DNA of 62,896 nt, counting the filler, from Nitrospinota bacterium (GTDB taxonomy: Bacteria > JADFOP01): assembly GCA_022562795.1 (NCBI GenBank). It is 5 parts of 5 records of this genome, joined end to end, with 100 filler letters (N's around TTAATTAATTAA, not from the genome) between each part and the next. Parts side by side here need not be neighbours in the genome. Positions count along the whole stretch, not along the records: positions 30,155 to 52,792 come from JADFOP010000037.1; 4 more parts are not named here. One strand, written 5' to 3'. The position numbers and the translations under genes are program-made. The notes beneath the pieces are model-generated. The model saw nothing but the letters and a program-made list of their open reading frames with translations. It did no database searches and was not told the origin of the DNA. Position 1 is the first letter of the stretch. Every line of letters begins with the position of its first letter. Below, in pieces: positions 38,428 through 48,903 of the stretch.

Positions 38428-39123
38428 CTACACTGTGAGGTGCTTCTTTACGATTTCCTCGTCGATCTTCTCTGTGGAGCCCTCAGATACGATTGAGCCT
38501 CGTTCCATCACGTAGTATGAGTCGGCCAAGCGCCAGGCAAACGCCAGGTACTGCTCCACTAAGAGAATGGAGACCGTCCGCTGCTCTTTGAGGCGGCGGA
38601 TGGCGTTTTCGATCTGTAGGATGATCGATGGTTGAATTCCCTCGGTGGGCTCATCGAGCAACAGCAGCTTGGGTCGCGCCACCAGAGCCCTGGCGATAGC
38701 CAACTGCTGCTGTTCACCCCCGCTTAGGTTTCCCCCCTGCCTGGACAATATGGACTGTAACGCCGGGAACAGCTCGAAGACGTCTTGAGGAACGGTATGG
38801 CCTCTTCCTCGGAGCGCCTCCAGGCCGAGTTGAAGGTTTTCTTGGACCGTGAGATTTGGAAAAATTTCCCGCCCCTGGGGCACGTAGCCCATCCCGCGCG
38901 CCGCCCGCTGAGAGGGGGGCCGCCTGGTGATATCTTCCTCTGCGAAGTGGATCTTTCCCCGTTTCGGCCTAAGCAGGCCGGCAATGCTCTTCAAGAGCGT
39001 CGTCTTGCCCATTCCGTTTCGCCCCATGAGACAAACCACCTGCCCTGGGGGGATGTGCAGGTTCACATCGCGTAGGATGTGACTCTCGCCATAATATACG
39101 TTGAGCATCTCAATGCGAAGCAT
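38428..39123 (-). CDS. urtE: Urea ABC transporter ATPase
   Basis: [41 protein letters not shown]. Confidence 0.93.
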   Translation of the reverse strand: MLRIEMLNVYYGESHILRDVNLHIPPGQVVCLMGRNGMGKTTLLKSIAGLLRPKRGKIHFAEEDITRRPPSQRAARGMGYVPQGREIFPNLTVQENLQLGLEALRGRGHTVPQDVFELFPALQSILSRQGGNLSGGEQQQLAIARALVARPKLLLLDEPTEGIQPSIILQIENAIRRLKEQRTVSILLVEQYLAFAWRLADSYYVMERGSIVSEGSTEKIDEEIVKKHLTV

Positions 39124-39871
39124 GGCCCTCGTTTCCCCGTCCCAGGTAGAGCTCAATCACCCGAGAGTCGCTCTGAACCTTTTCCATTGGGCCTTCGCAC
39201 AGGATCATCCCCTCGTGGAGCACCGTCACCTTCTTGGCAATCTGACGGACGAAGCTCATGTCGTGCTCAATGACAAGTATCGACTGGTCGGTGGCGATGG
39301 ACTGAAGCAACCGCACGGTTTTTTCCCGCTCCCCTTCTGTCATGCCGGCGACGGGCTCGTCGATGAGTAGCAGGTCCGGGTCCTGGACGATGACCATCCC
39401 GATCTCCAACCACTGTTTCTCGCCGTGGGAGAGAAGACCAGCCTTCTGGTGGGTTTTGTGAGCTAGCCCAATGACTTCCAGAATGGCGTAAATTTGCTCA
39501 ACGTCGGACGAGCTCAAGGGGTTGAAGAGCGTCGAAAAAACCTTCCGGTTCGTCTGATATGAGAGCTCCAGGTTCTCGAAGGCAGTGAAGTTCGTATACA
39601 CCCCAGGGGTTTGGAATTTGCGCCCTATCCCAAGGTTGGCAATTTGATTTACCCGAAGGCCGTTGATTTCGGACCCCTTGAAGAGGACCCGGCCTTCTAC
39701 AGGCTTCACCTTGCCGGTGATGACATCGAGGAGGGTGGTCTTTCCGGCCCCGTTGGGGCCGATCACGACCCGAAGCTCTCCCGGGTCCATAGAGAAATTC
39801 ATCCCCTGGAGGGCTTTAAAGCCGTCGAAGCTCACGGTCACGTTTTCGACTCGCACAATGGGTTCACGCAT
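39110..39871 (-). CDS. urtD: Urea ABC transporter ATPase
   Basis: VSFDGFKAL, GPNGAGKTT, GRKFQTP, LSHGEKQWLEIGM. Confidence 0.93.
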   Translation of the reverse strand: MREPIVRVENVTVSFDGFKALQGMNFSMDPGELRVVIGPNGAGKTTLLDVITGKVKPVEGRVLFKGSEINGLRVNQIANLGIGRKFQTPGVYTNFTAFENLELSYQTNRKVFSTLFNPLSSSDVEQIYAILEVIGLAHKTHQKAGLLSHGEKQWLEIGMVIVQDPDLLLIDEPVAGMTEGEREKTVRLLQSIATDQSILVIEHDMSFVRQIAKKVTVLHEGMILCEGPMEKVQSDSRVIELYLGRGNEGHASH

Positions 39872-41016
39872 TATGACGACCTTTGGGGGGCGGGGGAGGT
39901 TTCCTTGCCCACCGGCGCGGCGGTGGTGCGCCTGCGGAGGCGAAGATGCCGAAGAGAGCCCATGATGCCGTCGGGGATAAATAGGACGACCCCGACGAAC
40001 AGAGAACCAAGGAAGATAAGCCACAGATCGGGGTAAGAGGTGGTCAGGAAGCTCCTTGCCCAGTTGACCCCGATAGCGCCAACCACAGCCCCCACCAGAG
40101 TTCCTCGACCCCCGACGGCAACCCAGATGACCATTTCGATTGACGGAATGACTCCTATTTGCGAGGGAGTAATGATGCCAACTTGGGGTACGTAGAGGGC
40201 TCCGGCCAGGCCAGCCAGGGCTGCGGAGACTACAAAGACGAAGAGTTTGTAGTTAGCCGGGGAGTAGCCGGAGAAACGGACCCGGTTCTCGTTATCGCGC
40301 GTGGCCGTCAAAACTTTACCCAGTCGGGACTTGGTGATCCATCGGCAGAGCAGGTAAGAGCCTATCAGACACAACACCGTGGTGATGTAGAGGCCCCGCT
40401 GGGTGCTAGGGCTGAGCAGGTCAAATCCCAAGACGGTCTTGAAATCCGTGAGCCCGTTGGTGCCTCCGAGGTTGAGTTCGTTCCGGTTGAACAGCAGCCA
40501 TATTACAAGGGCCAGGGCCTGAGTGATGATGGCAAAATACACGCCTCGAATGCGACTACGGAATGCCAGAAAGCCGAAGACCAATGCAAAAAGGGCGGGC
40601 ACGAGGAAAATCCCAGCCAGTGTGACTCCAAAGCTGTAAAAGGGTTTCCAGAAGAGGGGCAATGCCTTGACTTGGTTCCAGACCATGAAATCGGGCAACG
40701 TGCTCTGGTAGACACTTTGCTTGCCTATGGCCAACATGAGGTGCATCCCCATAACGTAGGCCCCCAGGCCGAAGAAGACACCTTGGCCTAAGCTCAAGAT
40801 ACCCGTATAACCCCAGATGAGGTCGATTCCGAGGGCCAATATTGCGTAGGCCAAAAATTTGCCAAAGAGGTTCAGGTAAAAATCGGGCAGGTAGAGGGAG
40901 GAGCCCTGAGCCGGGAGCGCGTTCAGCAAGGGTAAGACGAACAACAGCAAAACGGCAATGAGCCCTAAGGATATCTTCTCTGCTCGAGTCCAAGAGGCTG
41001 TCGCCGTAAGTTTCAC
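39871..41016 (-). CDS. urtC: Urea ABC transporter permease
   Basis: WGYTGILSLGQG, LPDFMVWN, GVYFAIITQA, GGTNGLT. Confidence 0.93.
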   Translation of the reverse strand: MKLTATASWTRAEKISLGLIAVLLLFVLPLLNALPAQGSSLYLPDFYLNLFGKFLAYAILALGIDLIWGYTGILSLGQGVFFGLGAYVMGMHLMLAIGKQSVYQSTLPDFMVWNQVKALPLFWKPFYSFGVTLAGIFLVPALFALVFGFLAFRSRIRGVYFAIITQALALVIWLLFNRNELNLGGTNGLTDFKTVLGFDLLSPSTQRGLYITTVLCLIGSYLLCRWITKSRLGKVLTATRDNENRVRFSGYSPANYKLFVFVVSAALAGLAGALYVPQVGIITPSQIGVIPSIEMVIWVAVGGRGTLVGAVVGAIGVNWARSFLTTSYPDLWLIFLGSLFVGVVLFIPDGIMGSLRHLRLRRRTTAAPVGKETSPAPQRSS

Positions 41017-41034
41017 GTATTACTTTCCTCCTTA

Positions 41035-42813
41035 TCAGTATTCCGCCAGCCGGCCCTTGGCAGGAAAGAGCCCCGAAGGCTTCCATTGGAGGAAGAGGAT
41101 GACCAGGACGACAATCAAAACTTTCCCAAAGACCGCACCAAAGCTCGGCTCCAGCAGTTTGTTCAACCCTCCGATCCCAAAGGCTGCGGCCAGAGTGCCA
41201 GCCAGCTTGCCAACGCCACCTGCCACGACCACCATGAAGGAATCCACAATGTAGTTCTGGCCGAGGTCGGGTCCCACGTTGCCCACCGTGCTCAGGGCGC
41301 AACCGGCCATGCCGGCCAGACCCGAGCCCAGGGCGAAGGTGTAGGTATCCACCTTGCGGGCAGGAATTCCCAAGCACGCGCTCATCTCCCGGTTCTGTGT
41401 GACCGCCCGCACCCGCAGGCCTGGTTTGGAGTGAAAGAGCAGGAGGTACGTCCCTACGAGGCTTGCCACCGCCAGGACAATGATGAAGAGGCGATTGTAG
41501 GGCAGCTGCACACCTACCATGGCCTGGAACCCGCCTCTGAGCCAACTAGGGGCCGTGACGTCCACGTTGGCAGCTCCGAAGATTAACCGGATGGCCTGCT
41601 GAAGGATAAGGCTCACTCCCCACGTGACCAGCAGGGTATCCAAGGGGCGACCGTAGAGGAATCGAATGACACTTCGCTCCATCACGAAGCCCATCGCGCC
41701 TGCCACCACAAAGGAGAAGGGAATGGCAAGTAAGAAGTAATAGTCAAACAAGTTCGCGGGAAGGTAGGTCTGAAACCAACCCTGCATGACAAAGGCCGAG
41801 TAAGCTCCCAACATCATCAGCTCACCGTGGGCCATGTTGATGACGCCCATGAGGCCGAAGGTTACGGCCAGGCCCAGGGCCATGAGCAGCAGAATGGAAG
41901 ATAAGCTCAACCCACGAAACAGCGTGCCCACTACACTGGTGATCCCCTCCCACCGCTCGATTTGTTCAATGGCGACTTCCGCCGCCCGCTGAACGGAACC
42001 GTCGCTCGTTGCACTGTCCCCGCCAGCCGGTGCCTCCACTAAGCGCTGCAGAGTTGAGAGGGCAGTCTCGGCCCGTAGTTCACCAAGCCTTACAGCCGCT
42101 TCCCGCCGGACCTCAGGATTGTCATCCGACAGCTTTAGGAGGTTGATGGCTTCGTGGATGGCGTTCCGGATCCACCACGTGGGTTCTTTGGAAAGCGCTT
42201 CCTCCAGTAGGGGTATGAGTTCGGGACGGCCTAAGCTACCGAGCCTCGTTGCGGCAGACCGTCGCGTGTTGGGATCGAGGTCGAAAAGGTTGACTCGGCT
42301 TCGCAACTCATCAATTATCGGCTTCATGATGCGCCGCAAACGGCGGTCGGGCCAGATGGCTTCCAGCGCCGAGGTCTCGACGTAGATAGCCTGACCATCG
42401 TCAGACTGAATGATCTCTCCATTGTCCGCTCGGACAATGGAAACAACCTCCTTTTCATCGCGGGTAGCGTGTTCCCGGGCGATGACCGTCTCACGACCTC
42501 CGGAGGGTTGTCTCCATACGTAGAGGCTCCCTCCACGCAGGGCCTCGAGGACCGAAAGCACCCGGGGGTCGCCTAGCTTGCCCAAGGCGATGACGGCAGC
42601 CCTCTGGACAGCCTTGTCGGGGCTTGAGAGATCAGCGACGAGGCGAGCCAACTCAGTAGCCGGGCTACGCCCATGGGAGCTTGCCCCAGGCGGTTGAGAA
42701 GCCTTAGCGGCGACTGGCCAGAGAATTCCTATGCTCACCACCAAAAGGACGAATGCCCCCGAGAGGAGGATCGTGTGCGTGGAAAGTCTCGCCTTAGCTA
42801 GCATTGTTCTCAA
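41035..42813 (-). CDS. urtB: Urea ABC transporter permease with N-terminal HEAT-like domain
   Basis: FGLMGVINMAHGE, LYGRPLDTLL, GQNYIVDSFMVVV. Confidence 0.93.
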   Translation of the reverse strand: MRTMLAKARLSTHTILLSGAFVLLVVSIGILWPVAAKASQPPGASSHGRSPATELARLVADLSSPDKAVQRAAVIALGKLGDPRVLSVLEALRGGSLYVWRQPSGGRETVIAREHATRDEKEVVSIVRADNGEIIQSDDGQAIYVETSALEAIWPDRRLRRIMKPIIDELRSRVNLFDLDPNTRRSAATRLGSLGRPELIPLLEEALSKEPTWWIRNAIHEAINLLKLSDDNPEVRREAAVRLGELRAETALSTLQRLVEAPAGGDSATSDGSVQRAAEVAIEQIERWEGITSVVGTLFRGLSLSSILLLMALGLAVTFGLMGVINMAHGELMMLGAYSAFVMQGWFQTYLPANLFDYYFLLAIPFSFVVAGAMGFVMERSVIRFLYGRPLDTLLVTWGVSLILQQAIRLIFGAANVDVTAPSWLRGGFQAMVGVQLPYNRLFIIVLAVASLVGTYLLLFHSKPGLRVRAVTQNREMSACLGIPARKVDTYTFALGSGLAGMAGCALSTVGNVGPDLGQNYIVDSFMVVVAGGVGKLAGTLAAAFGIGGLNKLLEPSFGAVFGKVLIVVLVILFLQWKPSGLFPAKGRLAEY

Positions 42814-42901
42814 TTTATCTTATCAACTGCCCGGAGCAGAGGTCTTCCCTCCGCTCCGGGCGATTACCCGTAGACCTCCGCTAATCGACGGGTCGTGAAG
42901 T

Positions 42902-44236
42902 TTAGGTCTTTATGTACGTTCCCTTATGATCGACCCAGTCGCAGCCCTTGTCTGGGTTGGTGTATTCGCTCCACGGCTCAGGCGCCACCAGACCCTTGGA
43001 GCGCGAAACGGTGCGGAACTGCCCATCTGCGAGAATCTCTCCGATAAGGACCGGCTTGTGGGTGTGGTGGTTCCTCTCGTCCAGCTTCACCCAGCCGCCG
43101 GGGGCCAGGGTCTTCTGCCCGTAGGCCGCTTGACGAACGGCATCGACCTCAGTGGTACCCGCCTTCTCGACGGCCTGCTTCCAGAGGTATACGCCGAAAT
43201 ATGCCGCCTCGATGGGGTCATCGGTGACTCGCTTGTAGCCCCCAGGCAGCTTTTTGCGTTTGCAGTACGCCTTAAAGTTCTTCACGAACCGTTTGTTTTG
43301 GGGGGTGTCGACCGACTGGAAGTAGTTCCAGGCAGCAAGATGCCCCACCAAGGCGGAGGTATCCATTCCGCGGAGTTCATCCTCTGCCACGCTGAAGGCA
43401 ATGATGGGGGCATCCTCGGATCTCAACCCCTGATTGGCGAACTCTTTGTAGAAAGGCACGTTGCTGTCGCCATTGATGGTGCTGATAACGGCAGCATCGC
43501 CGCCTGCGGCGAACTTTTTAATCTTGCCGATGATGGTCTGGTAGTCTTGATGGTGGAAGGGGGTGTACTCCTCCATAATGTTTTTCGGCGGCACACCCTT
43601 GGCCAGGAGCATAGCCCGGAGGATCTTGTTGGTCGTCCGGGGATAGACGTAATCTGTACCGAGGAGGTAGAATTTCTTGTATTCACCCCCCTCTTCGCTC
43701 ATAAGGTATTCGACGGCCGGGACGGCTTGCTGGTTGGGGGCAGCCCCGGTGTAGAAGACATTTCGCGAACATTCTTCACCCTCATACTGCACAGGGTAGA
43801 AGAGCAGCCCGTTGTACCGCTCAAAGACGGGCAGCACCGACTTGCGGCTTACAGAAGTCCAGCAGCCGAAAACCACCGGTACCTTCTTCTGGAGCAAGAA
43901 GTACTTCGCCTTCTCGGCAAAGAGGTCCCAGTTGGAGGCCGGATCGACGACAATGGGCTTGATGGATCGGCCCAACACGCCCCCCTTGGCGTTGATCTCC
44001 TCCACAGCCATAAGGACCACATCTCGTAGGGAGACCTCGCTTATGGCCATCGTCCCGCTGAGGGAGTGAAGGACCCCTATTTCGATGGGGCCCTTGGCCG
44101 CGTGCGCGTACTTCGCTAAGGAAAGCCCTCCCAAAAGCGAAGCGGCCGTGGCCCCCATCCCGATCTTGGCGGTCCGCGCCAAGAAATCTCGGCGAGATAG
44201 ATTTCTGGCCCCGCTGTTGTTGCTCTTAGTCGACAT
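42902..44236 (-). CDS. urtA: Urea ABC transporter substrate-binding protein (Tat signal)
   Basis: SRRDFL; GVLHSLSGTMAISE, GCWTSVSRKSVLP, YPVQYEG, DYVYPR; ATG 44236 with GGAGGAGG RBS. Confidence 0.95.
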   Translation of the reverse strand: MSTKSNNSGARNLSRRDFLARTAKIGMGATAASLLGGLSLAKYAHAAKGPIEIGVLHSLSGTMAISEVSLRDVVLMAVEEINAKGGVLGRSIKPIVVDPASNWDLFAEKAKYFLLQKKVPVVFGCWTSVSRKSVLPVFERYNGLLFYPVQYEGEECSRNVFYTGAAPNQQAVPAVEYLMSEEGGEYKKFYLLGTDYVYPRTTNKILRAMLLAKGVPPKNIMEEYTPFHHQDYQTIIGKIKKFAAGGDAAVISTINGDSNVPFYKEFANQGLRSEDAPIIAFSVAEDELRGMDTSALVGHLAAWNYFQSVDTPQNKRFVKNFKAYCKRKKLPGGYKRVTDDPIEAAYFGVYLWKQAVEKAGTTEVDAVRQAAYGQKTLAPGGWVKLDERNHHTHKPVLIGEILADGQFRTVSRSKGLVAPEPWSEYTNPDKGCDWVDHKGTYIKT

Positions 44237-44365
44237 TACGTTTCCTCCTCCTTCTCCTTTCACCTTTGACGAACCATCGGGAAGGCGAACTAGTCTGTCG
44301 TTGGACCCACGGTCCTGGGTGTTGACCGCTTCCGTGAGGCTCACCTGCCCTTGGTCGGAGCCACC

Positions 44366-44493
44366 AAAAAATGGTGCCCCTGGAGTTCCATAGGAAGGCG
44401 CCGTTGCCTCGCAAGAAGGATACGCCGTTGTATCCTAAACCGCTTACTATGACGAATTACCTGACTGGTGGGAAAGGATACTTCGCTGTACCC
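44366..44493 (-). promoter_or_regulatory. ANTAR-target RNA leader with overlapping intrinsic terminator
   Basis: Hairpins GGGTAC-AGCGAA-GTATCC, AGGATAC-AACGGC-GTATCCT and AGGC-AACGGC-GCCT (C-G closed, A1/G4 hexaloops); the last overlaps GGCGCC...GGCACC-ATTTTTT. Confidence 0.85.
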
Positions 44494-44516
44494 CAACCCA
44501 CTAACTATCCTTACTT

Positions 44517-44532
44517 AACAAGATACGTGCCA
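44517..44532 (-). promoter_or_regulatory. Sigma54 -24/-12 promoter of the urt-ure operon
   Basis: TGGCACG-TATC-TTGTT. Confidence 0.7.
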
Positions 44533-44648
44533 AATCCCTCCCTCATGGGTGCCAGCCTACTAATCCTTGCTTTTTAACATGTTATAGGTGCGACGAGAAA
44601 AAACCTGTTTTCAACATCGATTGTAGTTAGGCTGCGATTGCTCAACAT

Positions 44649-45308
44649 TTAATCACCCCCGGGCGGTTTCGCGGCATTTGGTACTTGCTCCGAGACCTCC
44701 CCTTGCAGACACTGGATGCCAAGAATAATAGCTTCAGCCACCTCGTTTATCGGCTGGCGAGAGCTCATGCTGAGCCGCCGCATTTGGCTAAAGGCTTCCT
44801 GTTCGGTGATCTTCCGCTGCTCCATGAGGATGCCCTTGGCCCGCTCAATAACCTTCCTGTGCTCGAGTTTCCCTTCAAGTTCGCGGACCGCTCCACGTAG
44901 CATCTGAAGGTCTTCAAACCGCTTGAGGGCTATTTCGATGGTTGGTTGGAGCTCCTCGATATCAAACGGTTTCTTCATAAAGGCCATGATTCCTGCTTCT
45001 TTGGCCCGCTCGACAGTTTCAGCATCGCCGTACGCCGTCAGCAGGATAATAGCTGTGGGATGGTGTTCGTTGATGGCTCGGGATGCCTCCAAACCATCGG
45101 GTGCAGGAATCCGAGCATCCATCAGAATGATCTGCGGGCGTACTTGTAACGCTAGTTGGATAGCTTCCTCCCCGGTCTCCGCCGCCGCAACCACCGTATA
45201 GCCCAACGTCGGGAGGCTCTTGGTTAGGACCAGGCGGATGGACGGGTCATCATCCACGATGAGAACCGTCTTGCCTACCTGGCTACCTTGTTTATGATTT
45301 CTGGCCAA
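44649..45308 (-). CDS. REC-ANTAR response regulator (NasT/PdtaR/EutV-like)
   Basis: LIVDDD, ILMDAR, LLTAY, KPF; ANTAR RKVIERAKGILM...EQEAFSQMRRLSM. Confidence 0.93.
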   Translation of the reverse strand: MARNHKQGSQVGKTVLIVDDDPSIRLVLTKSLPTLGYTVVAAAETGEEAIQLALQVRPQIILMDARIPAPDGLEASRAINEHHPTAIILLTAYGDAETVERAKEAGIMAFMKKPFDIEELQPTIEIALKRFEDLQMLRGAVRELEGKLEHRKVIERAKGILMEQRKITEQEAFSQMRRLSMSSRQPINEVAEAIILGIQCLQGEVSEQVPNAAKPPGGD

Positions 45309-45422
45309 TGGGCTTCGATCCTTCCTTAATAGCGTTTCCGGATTTGATGGTGGGCAGTGCCATCTGCTCGTCGGGGCAACCGTGGAATCCTGACCCTAGT
45401 CACTATTCAAGGGAGATTGGAT

Positions 45423-45438
45423 AGCAAGGAACATGCCT
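45423..45438 (-). promoter_or_regulatory. Sigma54 -24/-12 promoter of the ANTAR regulator
   Basis: AGGCATG-TTCC-TTGCT. Confidence 0.6.
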
Positions 45439-45908
45439 CTCTTGCGCGTCTTCAAGAAGCGAGACTCCAACTCATGCTTTTTTAATACCTTGAGTACGGA
45501 ATGCTTGCGTCGTTCCGTTCGAAGACCGATCTATCGGAATCAAGCTATGATTAGATATTAGGCAGGAATAAGCTTGAGTGACTAACTCTTGAAGCAAGCT
45601 TTGGCCTTCCATGGTCCTCTCAGAGGCACGACCCCATTGAAGCGCCATGCCCTAACGCTGGAGCCTGTACCTGTTGCAGGTTTGACGAAATCGCAGATAG
45701 ATGTTCGGGGTGGGAGTAAAGGTCCGACCCAACCGTGCCGGTTTAATTAGTACGTATAGTCCCGTTAATATTAACTCAAGCCATCCAACAACTCCAAATC
45801 CAACCAAATTCGTGCCAACTTAGACTGAATTGATGAGGCGAGTTAAGTTGCTGCAAACTAAGCCGTTCCAGGGTCTTGGGGCGCTGGCTTGATTTGGCAC
45901 CGCTCGAA

Positions 45909-46133
45909 TTCAAATCCAGTGTGGCGTCGAGAGGCGTCAGGTGGGTTCGACTCCCACACGCTTCCGCCATAACTCTTTGTAGCTAAATGTGTTGGATGCG
46001 TGGGATGCGGGGAGGAAGGGTTCCTGTGGGTCTAAACAGGCGTGTTGACAGGAGCCGATGGTTGAGAGGTTAGGTTCCAATCAATTTGATCAGTTTGTCG
46101 ACGCTTGCTTTCCCATCACCAAAAATCATCATC
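45909..46133 (+). repeat. Right direct repeat (attR-like): 3' half of selC, spacer and 3' end of pntB
   Basis: 223/225 identity to 31895-32119. Confidence 0.95.
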
Positions 46134-47440
46134 GTCTTCTGGTCGTAGAAGAGCTCGTTATCCACCCCCGAGAAGCCCGGGCTTAGGCTCCGTTTGCAGA
46201 TGATGACGGTTTGCGCCATGTCCGCATTGAGGATAGGCATCCCGTAGAGCGGGCTGTCTTTTTCCGTTCGGGCGGCGGGGTTGATGACGTCGTTGGCTCC
46301 AATCACTAGCGCGACATCTGTATGTTGGAAGTCGTCGTTGATCTCGTCGAGATCGAGCAGAAGGTCGTAGGACACGTTCGCCTCCGCCAGCAGGACGTTC
46401 ATGTGCCCCGGCATCCGACCAGCCACGGGATGGATGGCGTACCGGACGGTGGTTCCGTTATCTATCAGGAGCTTCGCCATCTCGTGCAAGGCGAATTGGG
46501 CTTGGGCGACGGCGAGCCCGTAGCCCGGAATTATGATGACCGACTGGGCGTCCTCCAGCATCATCGCCGCGTCTTCTTCGGAGTATTCGGTCACGTAGCG
46601 CTTTTCTGTCGTCCGGGCTCCCCCGTAAGCGTCAACACCTACCGCCCCAAATACGACGTTCAAAAGAGAGCGGTTCATGGCCACACACATTATATGTGTC
46701 AGGATCAGTCCCGAGGCGCCGACCAGGGCGCCGCTGACGATTAGGACGATGTTGGAGAGGACGAATCCAGTCATCGCGGCAGCTATCCCGGAGTATGAGT
46801 TCAGAAGGCAGATCACCACGGGCATATCGGCGCTTCCGATGGGGAGCACGAGCAACACCCCCAGCGCAGACGCAATGACCAAAATTAGCATCAGGCTCGT
46901 TACGTTGGAGTAATTTAACGTAAATACCCCACTCAAGACGAGGAACACGATGAACAGGATGGCGTTCAGCGGCTGCTGAAATTTGAACACCACTGGGGTG
47001 CCTTTAACTAGATCTTGTAATTTAGCGAATGCCACAAAGCTGCCGGTAAAGGTCAGTGAGCCAACAAACACACTGAGGATGATTGTAATTACTATATCGA
47101 GCCGTGGCACACCTACCAGCCGATAGTACTCTGCAATCGCCACCAGGGCCGAGGCCCCTCCGCCGAGCCCATTGAAAATAGCCACCATCTGCGGCATGGA
47201 CGTCATCTGGACCCTCCTTGCCGTGATGGCGCCTATGGCGCTTCCAACGACGATCCCAACGATAATGAACTTGTAGTCGATAATCTGCTTATCGAGGAGG
47301 GTCACTAAGATAGCGATGGCCATACCAATAACGGCGAACAGGTTGCCGCGCCGCGCCGTCCTGGGCGAGCTCAGCTGTTTCAGTCCAAGGATGAAAAATA
47401 CCGCAGAGAGGAGGTAGGCCAGATTTCGTGCAACTTCCAT
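46070..47440 (-). CDS. pntB: NAD(P) transhydrogenase beta subunit
   Basis: MTSMPQMVAIFNG, ADMPVVICLLNSYSG, GYGLAVAQAQ, HPVAGRMPGHMNVLLAEA. Confidence 0.97.
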   Translation of the reverse strand: MEVARNLAYLLSAVFFILGLKQLSSPRTARRGNLFAVIGMAIAILVTLLDKQIIDYKFIIVGIVVGSAIGAITARRVQMTSMPQMVAIFNGLGGGASALVAIAEYYRLVGVPRLDIVITIILSVFVGSLTFTGSFVAFAKLQDLVKGTPVVFKFQQPLNAILFIVFLVLSGVFTLNYSNVTSLMLILVIASALGVLLVLPIGSADMPVVICLLNSYSGIAAAMTGFVLSNIVLIVSGALVGASGLILTHIMCVAMNRSLLNVVFGAVGVDAYGGARTTEKRYVTEYSEEDAAMMLEDAQSVIIIPGYGLAVAQAQFALHEMAKLLIDNGTTVRYAIHPVAGRMPGHMNVLLAEANVSYDLLLDLDEINDDFQHTDVALVIGANDVINPAARTEKDSPLYGMPILNADMAQTVIICKRSLSPGFSGVDNELFYDQKTMMIFGDGKASVDKLIKLIGT

Positions 47441-47456
47441 CGCCGTTTCCTTATCT

Positions 47457-47744
47457 TTACTTCTTGTCCCGCTTGAACCGTTCCAGCATCCGATCGGTGA
47501 CCATGAAGCCCCCTACAACGTTGATAGTGGCGAATATGACGGCCACCGTGCCGAGGACGATACTGATGCCCTTGTGCCCGCTTCCGGCGCTGATCAACGA
47601 GCCGACCAGAGTAATGCCTGAAATTCCGTTGGAGCCAGACATGAGGGGGGTGTGAAGCAAGGGGGGCACTTTGGTTATCACCTCAAACCCGACAAATGCT
47701 GCAAGTACAAAGATATAGAACGAGACTAAGAGGACTCCTTCCAT
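47457..47744 (-). CDS. pntAB: NAD(P) transhydrogenase alpha subunit, membrane part
   Basis: VPPLLHTPLMSGSNGISG, NVVGGFMVTDRML. Confidence 0.95.
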   Translation of the reverse strand: MEGVLLVSFYIFVLAAFVGFEVITKVPPLLHTPLMSGSNGISGITLVGSLISAGSGHKGISIVLGTVAVIFATINVVGGFMVTDRMLERFKRDKK

Positions 47745-47748
47745 GCCG

Positions 47749-48903
47749 TCATCCTTCTTCCTGAAAAGCGTTATTCACCATCTCATTGACAATTTCACCG
47801 TTGTGTGTAATGCAGGCGCCCTTCGTGATTTCATCCTCGAAATCGAGAGCGCCATCTTCGTCACCGTACAAATTCCTGAACAAGTTGGTGATGTTCTTCG
47901 AATACATCTGGCTCGCATCGACCGGGAGCGTGGCCGGCAGATTCAGTGGGCCATAGATGGTAACACCGTGGCGCACAACATCTTTCCCGGCTTCGGTAAG
48001 CTCGCAGTTGCCACCATCTCCAGCAGCGAGGTCGATGATGACGGAGCCTTCCTTCATCTGCTGGACCATCTCTTCGGTTATCAAAACAGGGGCCCGTTTC
48101 CCAAAGATCTGGGCCGTTGAGATGACAGCATCCATTCTGTCCAGCCGACCTCCGATTATCTCCCGCTCTTTTAGCAGGAACGCATCCGACATCTCCTTGG
48201 CATAGCCTCCAGCTGCCTCGGCATCTTCCTCAAACTCCATCTCGATAAATTGGGCCCCCAGGCTCTCCACCTGCTCTCTTACTGCGGGCCGAACGTCAAA
48301 GGCCTCAACCCTGGCGCCGAGCCTTCGGGCCGTAGCAATGGCCTGGAGACCTGCAACCCCCGCCCCAAGGATTAAGACCCTGGCCGGGGGGATGGTTCCG
48401 GCGGCCGTCATCATTAGCGGGAAGAATTTTCCGAGTCGCTGAGCAGCAATCAGGACGGCCTGGTAGCCTGCAATGTTGGCCATGGAGCTCAGGGCGTCCA
48501 TGCTCTGGGCGCGCGCGATACGGGGGACGAACTCCATGGAGAAGCTCGTAATCTTCTTATCCACCATCTGCTGGATAACATCCCGATTCTCTATCGGCGC
48601 CAAGAAGCCGATGAAGGTTGAGCCCGGCTTGATCATTTCAGCTTCATGCTTCCCGGCCTTCTCGTTGTGCTGGGGGGGTTGGACCTTCATAATCACATCG
48701 GCCTCGGAGTAGAGGCTCGGTGCATCGCCGACAATAGTCGCACCGGCCTCTTCGTATTCCGTGTTTGAAAACGAAGAGGCTTCTCCGGCATCTCTCTCCA
48801 CGAGCACCTCTGCCCCGGCCTTCTTCAGCAGGCCGACCATCTTCGGGACAAGAGCTACACGCGTCTCACCGCTCGCAATCTCTTTCGGAACGCCGACTTT
48901 CAT
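47749..48903 (-). CDS. pntAA: NAD(P) transhydrogenase alpha subunit, NAD(H)-binding part
   Basis: RAQSMDALSS, GAGVAGLQAIATA, GGYAKE, GGNCELT. Confidence 0.96.
   Translation of the reverse strand: MKVGVPKEIASGETRVALVPKMVGLLKKAGAEVLVERDAGEASSFSNTEYEEAGATIVGDAPSLYSEADVIMKVQPPQHNEKAGKHEAEMIKPGSTFIGFLAPIENRDVIQQMVDKKITSFSMEFVPRIARAQSMDALSSMANIAGYQAVLIAAQRLGKFFPLMMTAAGTIPPARVLILGAGVAGLQAIATARRLGARVEAFDVRPAVREQVESLGAQFIEMEFEEDAEAAGGYAKEMSDAFLLKEREIIGGRLDRMDAVISTAQIFGKRAPVLITEEMVQQMKEGSVIIDLAAGDGGNCELTEAGKDVVRHGVTIYGPLNLPATLPVDASQMYSKNITNLFRNLYGDEDGALDFEDEITKGACITHNGEIVNEMVNNAFQEEG

Noticed and set aside
45776-45970. 64-aa ORF or a second selC
   Set aside because: It is the 3' half of selC in the right repeat; the 5' half is absent and the ORF is its antisense reading.
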